Source: Perkinsela sp. CCAP 1560/9 (Eukaryota; Protista; Euglenozoa: Kinetoplastea). Taken from it: a stretch of 21,427 nucleotides of DNA. The notes below the pieces were generated by a model. It did not search any database. It saw only the letters and a list, made by a program, of their open reading frames with translations, and was not told where the DNA came from. This document shows positions 8,506-16,489 of the stretch, piece after piece. A program made the position numbers and the translations under genes. The stretch is from positions 1 to 21,427 of the forward strand of contig CBFFSA010000083.1 of assembly GCA_965644495.1 (NCBI GenBank). The letters are read 5' to 3'. Position 1 is the first letter of the stretch. Every line of letters begins with the position of its first letter.

Positions 8506-11500
8506 TTTTTTTTTTTTTTTTCTTACTTACTTTCCTACTTACTTTACTTCGCCCTTATCAACTTCGCCCGCTTCTCTCCCTTATCTCCACCCCCCCAAAG
8601 AAACCATCCGTGACTTCCCGACTTCACCCGCTTCTTTCCCTCACTTCCCCCCCCCGAGCATCCATCCGCGCCTTCCAAACTTTGCCCTCCTCTTTCCCTC
8701 ACTTCCCCCCAGAAATCAATCCGCGCGTGCTCCACCCCTTCTTCCAGCAGTGCGCGCTTCGGACCGGGTCTCTCGACCTCTCCACGGCCTGGCTTGGGAA
8801 CCCTTCCCTTGTTATGCGGGAGGGCGCAGGCGCGGGCATGTGCCGACAGCGGCACGGTCACGAAGTTGGGTTTTGATCGCCGGATTCGGATGAATGTTCC
8901 GAATCCATACCTGTCTCACATTGGGGTACCTTGCTCGTGAAAGCGAGGCGTGAGGATAGGCACTGTCGGCTCGATCGGCCTCGGGCCGCTCTGGAGGCTA
9001 TTCCTCCAGAGTTGCGATGGGGTCTTCGGAAGGTGAACGAGAAACCATCATGCGCGCTTGAAAGCGCATAAGGGTTATGTTTAGTTCAGCGAAGATTCGG
9101 CTCGTTGCCTCACCTTCCGAAAGTAGACCCCCCGAGGCGTGCGAACACCTCTCACCGACTTTGCGGAGCACGGCTGAAGCGCTGGGGCTCCAGGCGCCAT
9201 AACTTTCGACAACCATGGCCGTAAAGTCGCATCCTGCTTCTACGGCTTCTCGACGCTGCTTGCCCTTCTCCATTGAGGAATAATGTTCGGCAAATGACCC
9301 CGCGGCAACCCAGCTAGCGTTTCGGACTTTGTCCGTATATTTTAATTGCTGAGCATGGGTGACCGCGAAGTAAAGCACAATGGGATTTCCAAGAAAAAGG
9401 CTGGGCAAGTATATGTCGCCAGGTCTGGTGAGGGCCCCGCCTGGGCCCCTGTTCCCGAGACTCTTTTCTCGTTGAGGGGCGAGGCGGGCTCGACTGCACA
9501 CGTCCGCGAACTGGTCCGTAACAGCGTTGTGCCTGGTCACAATACCATGGCCATGTTTGCAAGACAGTGCATGGTCCCCTTTGCTGTCAAGGGGGAGCGA
9601 GCATTTCGGCATGGGGCACGTGCTATCTTCATGGTAGATGTCCACGCCTAACCACCAACGGGCCAAGGTTCGGAATTGTGTGGGGGTAAAGGCGTGCCCA
9701 AGGTCTTTCGAAGGAGTCACAAAGGCCCAGCTGCTCGCTCCCGTGCCACACTGGGAGATCCACCTTGCACGGGTTCGTGCGTCAGTTGTCTCATATTCCT
9801 GGGAAAAGGCATGGGCTGCAATAGCATAACTGATTACCCGCTGGCGCGGGATCTTCCCTTTCGGCCACTGTGGGGGTAACATGTCCTGGCATTCTTCAGA
9901 ACCGTAGAGGGGAGTCGAGAGTGGGTAGGCATCCGTGGGTGTGTTGGCCGTGCGGGAAGTCGTACGAAGAATATATCCCGGAGGCTCGTCCGGGGGGTGA
10001 GGATCATTCCCTGGCGGAGGGCGCCTTCTCTTCCGGTAGGAGTACGGCGCGCTCAGGGCCTTCTCGCATGGGGCGTTGGGAGTTGTGAGAACACGACCTC
10101 GGGGATCGAGGAGAGCAGTGCCGGCCTTCTGATTGATGTCGAGGATGGCCTCCGAGAAACCTTCAGCGTCTGTGGGATCCCAGGAATCTGTGGCAGAGGC
10201 AAAGGCGACGGATGCAACGTAAGCCGCGGAGGCGTGGAGGGCTGCGGATCTCAGACCTAATCCACCATGACGCTTCAGTCGCTGTGCTTGAGATTGTGCT
10301 GACCTGTCAAGAGGACAGATGATTGCCTCTATAGCGGTCATGAGAAAGTCGTCTAAACGGGAGCAAAGGTGAATCAGGGACTGTGGGGGCGTGCTTCTCA
10401 TGGCATACACCATTTGACAGAACCCCGCACATTGACGAATTAGGGCAAGCGCGACCTGGGGGTCCTGAATGTTGGTGATGGCATCGAGGGTATCCTCGGC
10501 TGGTTCTAGGGCGTGAGAAAGAAGATAAGCAGAGCAGTGGTCGGCGGATCCTACAGGACTCCCTAGTATGTCAAAGTTCCCCTGCGAATTGATCTTCTCG
10601 TCGGGTATGTCTGGGAAGTAATCAGCCTGGTGGGCCGAGCTGGGGGAAGTAATAATTTCGCATTTCGACGTATTGAGATGCAAGCCCCATTGAGGTCCTA
10701 CTCGGGCGATCGTGTCTAGGGCGTCTCTAACTTCCTGCGCCTGGCCAACGAGGACGCCATCGTCGAGATACCAGAGTTGGGCGGGAATATCAGTTTGAAG
10801 GTTAATGGCTTCTGAGAGCTCCAGGGCCACTAACGAGAAGAGCAATGGTCCTAGGGGATCGCCCTGTTGTACTCCTTCCTCGGAGGAGATGAATCGGGCC
10901 CCGTAGGTAAGAGAGCTGGGGTCGGAATAGCACCAATTGATCCAAGGGAAGAGTTCCGGGAAATATTCCTGTACTAGTGGAAGGAAGGCAGCCCTGCTTA
11001 CGTTATTGAAAGCGTTACGTAGGTCCACTTTGCACATGACGAAGTTCGGGTTTTCCATATTGGACGACATGGCCAGGCGACACATGTGAATGACTCTTTC
11101 GGCCCCGGCTGGCGCTGCCACTCCGTACTGTTTGCCTTCAAAGAGCTCGCTCGCTTTGGGTCGGATTGCGTTGCATACGGCTTTGCTCGCTAATCGCCGA
11201 AGGGTTTCCTGTCTCCATAGGTCCGAGTACTCTTGTTCCGCCCAACGCTGCATGCATTTATACGCATGTGAGGCATATGCCATGTGGCCTTTGCGGCCCC
11301 CTCGATGCGGAGCTGGTAAAACGCATTTGGGAAGCATGGCCAGAAGCGTCCATGCCTGTAAGGAGTTTTCAGAGACCGCGTTCCGAATGGCGGAGGAGAG
11401 GATTTCTTCCCAGATCTGGCGGCAACGATAAGGCACGTCTTTGCACGTACTCAGCTGAAGAGAGCAGACAGAAGGAAGAGGTGGGAGCTCAAAGTTGGTG

Positions 11501-12496
11501 TTCTCTGGTGTTGGTGCGGTGCTCACTTCGTTGGGTGGAGTAAGAAGTTCGGGAGAAAGGAGCGCAACGGTTTTCGTTCCTTTGCAGCTGTGTCTGTGCG
11601 ATGATCGTTTGTGGTTGTCGTAGTGGCGTCCGCATGAGGTGCATAGAAAACGGCCTTCTCTGTACCACCATTCATTAGGGATGCTGTTACCGTGCCGGCA
11701 TGCGACATGGTTATAGAAGGCTTGCCAGGATCCGCCATGCGACGGACTGCGCCATGAACATCCCTGGGCCGGGCACTCTCGGAGCGCGGCAGACTTTCCT
11801 TGGGACAATGAGTTGGGCTCAGCGAGGCTAACGCCAGCGTTTTCAATATTCTGGGTTTCGTGTCTTCTTCCTGGTTGCTCTTGAGATGGACCCGGAATAA
11901 GTTCATAAGGATGCAAGAGTGAAGGTGTCTCTGGGTCTACCCGGTATCGGATGAGCTTATTTCTCCGTGGAGTAGGGGTTTTCTTGGAGTGACCTTTAAT
12001 GTCCTCATTGCTACGTGCTTGGGCGGATAGAGCAGTTTTGAGTGGTGTACTTAGATGCTGTGTAGCATTCAAAGCCTCTTTCGTCTTCTTCGCTGGCGTT
12101 ACTTGCCTGATAACAGCGGAGTGTTGCATCTCTTCATTTTCGACCTCCGTGTGACCTGTGTCCGGTGTTTCATTAATCCCACCTACGATCGCGTTCGTTC
12201 GGCGGATCCAATCTTCAGGAATATTCTGAGGGATGGGGGTCGTGTAAAGGTCTTCATGGTATGTGCTCGTCCCCGTGAATAAATGTTCGTTTCCTTTAAA
12301 TTGGTCCCAAGACCCCGGTCGGTGAGTTCTGCCATTAATTTCTAAGCATTTGTCGTCCGTCTCCATGGCTTCGGCTTCGTGGTCCGGATTTCCGCTGTTG
12401 TCGATTATGGGAGGAAGTGTGTCTGCGGGGGGGGTGATACCAGACATAAAAATTAACCCGTACCTCGGAAAGAGATGAAATAGAAAAAATTCAACA
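8506..12496 (-). mobile_element. Retrotransposon copy 2 (CRE-clade-like, RLE-type non-LTR)
   Basis: 49-nt leader, single ORF, ~480-nt 3' UTR, GTAA repeats, A16 tail (8506-8521). Confidence 0.92.
8998..12447 (-). CDS. 1149-aa zinc finger-RT-RLE polyprotein (probably defective)
   Basis: C2H2 finger CPAQGC..HVACRH and CCHC finger CTSC..HRHSC. RT motifs VDLRNAFN, GVQQGDPLGPLLF, WYLDD (YLDD at 10759-10770), GLHLNTSK, ILGSPVG and GGLGL. Knuckle CPMPKC..HALSC, then RHN, RPGDI and VVESYGAW. Confidence 0.92.
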   Translation of the reverse strand: MSGITPPADTLPPIIDNSGNPDHEAEAMETDDKCLEINGRTHRPGSWDQFKGNEHLFTGTSTYHEDLYTTPIPQNIPEDWIRRTNAIVGGINETPDTGHTEVENEEMQHSAVIRQVTPAKKTKEALNATQHLSTPLKTALSAQARSNEDIKGHSKKTPTPRRNKLIRYRVDPETPSLLHPYELIPGPSQEQPGRRHETQNIENAGVSLAEPNSLSQGKSAALRECPAQGCSWRSPSHGGSWQAFYNHVACRHGNSIPNEWWYREGRFLCTSCGRHYDNHKRSSHRHSCKGTKTVALLSPELLTPPNEVSTAPTPENTNFELPPLPSVCSLQLSTCKDVPYRCRQIWEEILSSAIRNAVSENSLQAWTLLAMLPKCVLPAPHRGGRKGHMAYASHAYKCMQRWAEQEYSDLWRQETLRRLASKAVCNAIRPKASELFEGKQYGVAAPAGAERVIHMCRLAMSSNMENPNFVMCKVDLRNAFNNVSRAAFLPLVQEYFPELFPWINWCYSDPSSLTYGARFISSEEGVQQGDPLGPLLFSLVALELSEAINLQTDIPAQLWYLDDGVLVGQAQEVRDALDTIARVGPQWGLHLNTSKCEIITSPSSAHQADYFPDIPDEKINSQGNFDILGSPVGSADHCSAYLLSHALEPAEDTLDAITNIQDPQVALALIRQCAGFCQMVYAMRSTPPQSLIHLCSRLDDFLMTAIEAIICPLDRSAQSQAQRLKRHGGLGLRSAALHASAAYVASVAFASATDSWDPTDAEGFSEAILDINQKAGTALLDPRGRVLTTPNAPCEKALSAPYSYRKRRRPPPGNDPHPPDEPPGYILRTTSRTANTPTDAYPLSTPLYGSEECQDMLPPQWPKGKIPRQRVISYAIAAHAFSQEYETTDARTRARWISQCGTGASSWAFVTPSKDLGHAFTPTQFRTLARWWLGVDIYHEDSTCPMPKCSLPLDSKGDHALSCKHGHGIVTRHNAVTDQFADVCSRARLAPQREKSLGNRGPGGALTRPGDIYLPSLFLGNPIVLYFAVTHAQQLKYTDKVRNASWVAAGSFAEHYSSMEKGKQRREAVEAGCDFTAMVVESYGAWSPSASAVLRKVGERCSHASGGLLSEGEATSRIFAELNITLMRFQARMMVSRSPSEDPIATLEE

Positions 12497-15400
12497 TTTT
12501 TTTTTTTTTTTTTCTTACTTACTTTCCTACTTACTTTACTTCGCCCTTATCAACTTCGCCCGCTTCTCTCCCTTATCTCCACCCCCCCAAAGAAACCATC
12601 CGTGACTTCCCGACTTCACCCGCTTCTTTCCCTCACTTCCCCCCCCCCGAGCATCCATCCGCGCCTTCCAAACTTTGCCCTCCTCTTTCCCTCACTTCCC
12701 CCCAGAAATCAATCCGCGCGTGCTCCACCCCTTCTTCCAGCAGTGCGCGCTTCGGACCGGGTCTCTCGACCTCTCCACGGCCTGGCTTGGGAACCCTTCC
12801 CTTGTTATGCGGGAGGGCGCAGGCGCGGGCATGTGCCGACAGCGGCACGGTCACGAAGTTGGGTTTTGATCGCCGGATTCGGATGAATGTTCCGAATCCA
12901 TACCTGTCTCACATTGGGGTACCTTGCTCGTGAAAGCGAGGCGTGAGGATAGGCACTGTCGGCTCGATCGGCCTCGGGCCGCTCTGGAGGCTATTCCTCC
13001 AGAGTTGCGATGGGGTCTTCGGAAGGTGAACGAGAAACCATCATGCGCGCTTGAAAGCGCATAAGGGTTATGTTTAGTTCAGCGAAGATTCGGCTCGTTG
13101 CCTCACCTTCCGAAAGTAGACCCCCCGAGGCGTGCGAACACCTCTCACCGACTTTGCGGAGCACGGCTGAAGCGCTGGGGCTCCAGGCGCCATAACTTTC
13201 GACAACCATGGCCGTAAAGTCGCATCCTGCTTCTACGGCTTCTCGACGCTGCTTGCCCTTCTCCATTGAGGAATAATGTTCGGCAAATGACCCCGCGGCA
13301 ACCCAGCTAGCGTTTCGGACTTTGTCCGTATATTTTAATTGCTGAGCATGGGTGACCGCGAAGTAAAGCACAATGGGATTTCCAAGAAAAAGGCTGGGCA
13401 AGTATATGTCGCCAGGTCTGGTGAGGGCCCCGCCTGGGCCCCTGTTCCCGAGACTCTTTTCTCGTTGAGGGGCGAGGCGGGCTCGACTGCACACGTCCGC
13501 GAACTGGTCCGTAACAGCGTTGTGCCTGGTCACAATACCATGGCCATGTTTGCAAGACAGTGCATGGTCCCCTTTGCTGTCAAGGGGGAGCGAGCATTTC
13601 GGCATGGGGCACGTGCTATCTTCATGGTAGATGTCCACGCCTAACCACCAACGGGCCAAGGTTCGGAATTGTGTGGGGGTAAAGGCGTGCCCAAGGTCTT
13701 TCGAAGGAGTCACAAAGGCCCAGCTGCTCGCTCCCGTGCCACACTGGGAGATCCACCTTGCACGGGTTCGTGCGTCAGTTGTCTCATATTCCTGGGAAAA
13801 GGCATGGGCTGCAATAGCATAACTGATTACCCGCTGGCGCGGGATCTTCCCTTTCGGCCACTGTGGGGGTAACATGTCCTGGCATTCTTCAGAACCGTAG
13901 AGGGGAGTCGAGAGTGGGTAGGCATCCGTGGGTGTGTTGGCCGTGCGGGAAGTCGTACGAAGAATATATCCCGGAGGCTCGTCCGGGGGGTGAGGATCAT
14001 TCCCTGGCGGAGGGCGCCTTCTCTTCCGGTAGGAGTACGGCGCGCTCAGGGCCTTCTCGCATGGGGCGTTGGGAGTTGTGAGAACACGACCTCGGGGATC
14101 GAGGAGAGCAGTGCCGGCCTTCTGATTGATGTCGAGGATGGCCTCCGAGAAACCTTCAGCGTCTGTGGGATCCCAGGAATCTGTGGCAGAGGCAAAGGCG
14201 ACGGATGCAACGTAAGCCGTGGAGGCGTGGAGGGCTGCGGATCTCAGACCTAATCCACCATGACGCTTCAGTCGCTGTGCTTGAGATTGTGCTGACCTGT
14301 CAAGAGGACAGATGATTGCCTCTATAGCGGTCATGAGAAAGTCGTCTAAACGGGAGCAAAGGTGAATCAGGGACTGTGGGGGCGTGCTTCTCATGGCATA
14401 CACCATTTGACAGAACCCCGCACATTGACGAATTAGGGCAAGCGCGACCTGGGGGTCCTGAATGTTGGTGATGGCATCGAGGGTATCCTCGGCTGGTTCT
14501 AGGGCGTGAGAAAGAAGATAAGCAGAGCAGTGGTCGGCGGATCCTACAGGACTCCCTAGTATGTCAAAGTTCCCCTGCGAATTGATCTTCTCGTCGGGTA
14601 TGTCTGGGAAGTAATCAGCCTGGTGGGCCGAGCTGGGGGAAGTAATAATTTCGCATTTCGACGTATTGAGATGCAAGCCCCATTGAGGTCCTACTCGGGC
14701 GATCGTGTCTAGGGCGTCTCTAACTTCCTGCGCCTGGCCAACGAGGACGCCATCGTCGAGATACCAGAGTTGGGCGGGAATATCAGTTTGAAGGTTAATG
14801 GCTTCTGAGAGCTCCAGGGCCACTAACGAGAAGAGCAATGGTCCTAGGGGATCGCCCTGTTGTACTCCTTCCTCGGAGGAGATGAATCGGGCCCCGTAGG
14901 TAAGAGAGCTGGGGTCGGAATAGCACCAATTGATCCAAGGGAAGAGTTCCGGGAAATATTCCTGTACTAGTGGAAGGAAGGCAGCCCTGCTTACGTTATT
15001 GAAAGCGTTACGTAGGTCCACTTTGCACATGACGAAGTTCGGGTTTTCCATATTGGACGACATGGCCAGGCGACACATGTGAATGACTCTTTCGGCCCCG
15101 GCTGGCGCTGCCACTCCGTACTGTTTGCCTTCAAAGAGCTCGCTCGCTTTGGGTCGGATTGCGTTGCATACGGCTTTGCTCGCTAATCGCCGAAGGGTTT
15201 CCTGTCTCCATAGGTCCGAGTACTCTTGTTCCGCCCAACGCTGCATGCATTTATACGCATGTGAGGCATATGCCATGTGGCCTTTGCGGCCCCCTCGATG
15301 CGGAGCTGGTAAAACGCATTTGGGAAGCATGGCCAGAAGCGTCCATGCCTGTAAGGAGTTTTCAGAGACCGCGTTCCGAATGGCGGAGGAGAGGATTTCT

Positions 15401-16489
15401 TCCCAGATCTGGCGGCAACGATAAGGCACGTCTTTGCACGTACTCAGCTGAAGAGAGCAGACAGAAGGAAGAGGTGGGAGCTCAAAGTTGGTGTTCTCTG
15501 GTGTTGGTGCGGTGCTCACTTCGTTGGGTGGAGTAAGAAGTTCGGGAGAAAGGAGCGCAACGGTTTTCGTTCCTTTGCAGCTGTGTCTGTGCGATGATCG
15601 TTTGTGGTTGTCGTAGTGGCGTCCGCATGAGGTGCATAGAAAACGGCCTTCTCTGTACCACCATTCATTAGGGATGCTGTTACCGTGCCGGCATGCGACA
15701 TGGTTATAGAAGGCTTGCCAGGATCCGCCATGCGACGGACTGCGCCATGAACATCCCTGGGCCGGGCACTCTCGGAGCGCGGCAGACTTTCCTTGGGACA
15801 ATGAGTTGGGCTCAGCGAGGCTAACGCCAGCGTTTTCAATATTCTGGGTTTCGTGTCTTCTTCCTGGTTGCTCTTGAGATGGACCCGGAATAAGTTCATA
15901 AGGATGCAAGAGTGAAGGTGTCTCTGGGTCTACCCGGTATCGGATGAGCTTATTTCTCCGTGGAGTAGGGGTTTTCTTGGAGTGACCTTTAATGTCCTCA
16001 TTGCTACGTGCTTGGGAGGATAGAGCAGTTTTGAGTGGTGTACTTAGATGCTGTGTAGCATTCAAAGCCTCTTTCGTCTTCTTCGCTGGCGTTACTTGCC
16101 TGATAACAGCGGAGTGTTGCATCTCTTCATTTTCGACCTCCGTGTGACCTGTGTCCGGTGTTTCATTAATCCCACCTACGATCGCGTTCGTTCGGCGGAT
16201 CCAATCTTCAGGAATATTCTGAGGGATGGGGGTCGTGTAAAGGTCTTCATGGTATGTGCTCGTCCCCGTGATTAAATGTTCGTTTCCTTTAAATTGGTCC
16301 CAAGACCCCGGTCGGTGAGTTCTGCCATTAATTTCTAAGCATTTGTCGTCCGTCTCCATGGCTTCGGCTTCGTGGTCCGGATTTCCGCTGTTGTCGATTA
16401 TGGGAGGAAGTGTGTCTGCGGGGGGGATGATACCAGACATAAAAATTAACCCGTACCTCGGAAAGAGATGAAATAGAAAAAATACAACA
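12497..16489 (-). mobile_element. Retrotransposon copy 3
   Basis: A17 tail at 12497-12513. Near-identical to copy 2. Confidence 0.92.
12991..16440 (-). CDS. 1149-aa zinc finger-RT-RLE polyprotein
   Basis: As copy 2, with four substitutions (T>I, F>I, A>S, A>T). Confidence 0.92.
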   Translation of the reverse strand: MSGIIPPADTLPPIIDNSGNPDHEAEAMETDDKCLEINGRTHRPGSWDQFKGNEHLITGTSTYHEDLYTTPIPQNIPEDWIRRTNAIVGGINETPDTGHTEVENEEMQHSAVIRQVTPAKKTKEALNATQHLSTPLKTALSSQARSNEDIKGHSKKTPTPRRNKLIRYRVDPETPSLLHPYELIPGPSQEQPGRRHETQNIENAGVSLAEPNSLSQGKSAALRECPAQGCSWRSPSHGGSWQAFYNHVACRHGNSIPNEWWYREGRFLCTSCGRHYDNHKRSSHRHSCKGTKTVALLSPELLTPPNEVSTAPTPENTNFELPPLPSVCSLQLSTCKDVPYRCRQIWEEILSSAIRNAVSENSLQAWTLLAMLPKCVLPAPHRGGRKGHMAYASHAYKCMQRWAEQEYSDLWRQETLRRLASKAVCNAIRPKASELFEGKQYGVAAPAGAERVIHMCRLAMSSNMENPNFVMCKVDLRNAFNNVSRAAFLPLVQEYFPELFPWINWCYSDPSSLTYGARFISSEEGVQQGDPLGPLLFSLVALELSEAINLQTDIPAQLWYLDDGVLVGQAQEVRDALDTIARVGPQWGLHLNTSKCEIITSPSSAHQADYFPDIPDEKINSQGNFDILGSPVGSADHCSAYLLSHALEPAEDTLDAITNIQDPQVALALIRQCAGFCQMVYAMRSTPPQSLIHLCSRLDDFLMTAIEAIICPLDRSAQSQAQRLKRHGGLGLRSAALHASTAYVASVAFASATDSWDPTDAEGFSEAILDINQKAGTALLDPRGRVLTTPNAPCEKALSAPYSYRKRRRPPPGNDPHPPDEPPGYILRTTSRTANTPTDAYPLSTPLYGSEECQDMLPPQWPKGKIPRQRVISYAIAAHAFSQEYETTDARTRARWISQCGTGASSWAFVTPSKDLGHAFTPTQFRTLARWWLGVDIYHEDSTCPMPKCSLPLDSKGDHALSCKHGHGIVTRHNAVTDQFADVCSRARLAPQREKSLGNRGPGGALTRPGDIYLPSLFLGNPIVLYFAVTHAQQLKYTDKVRNASWVAAGSFAEHYSSMEKGKQRREAVEAGCDFTAMVVESYGAWSPSASAVLRKVGERCSHASGGLLSEGEATSRIFAELNITLMRFQARMMVSRSPSEDPIATLEE

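Noticed and set aside
8880-8997. tRNA or HDV/hammerhead ribozyme in the 3' UTR
   Set aside because: GTTCCGAATCC only resembles a T-loop. I could not build a cloverleaf, an HDV P2 pairing or a CUGANGA/GAAA core by eye.
8998-12447. RT as a bacterial retron, DGR, group II intron maturase or defence RT
   Set aside because: Zinc fingers, CCHC plus RLE domain, poly(A) tail and QGDPLGP/YLDD context fit eukaryotic non-LTR elements. No msr-msd, TR/VR pair or intron DV was seen.
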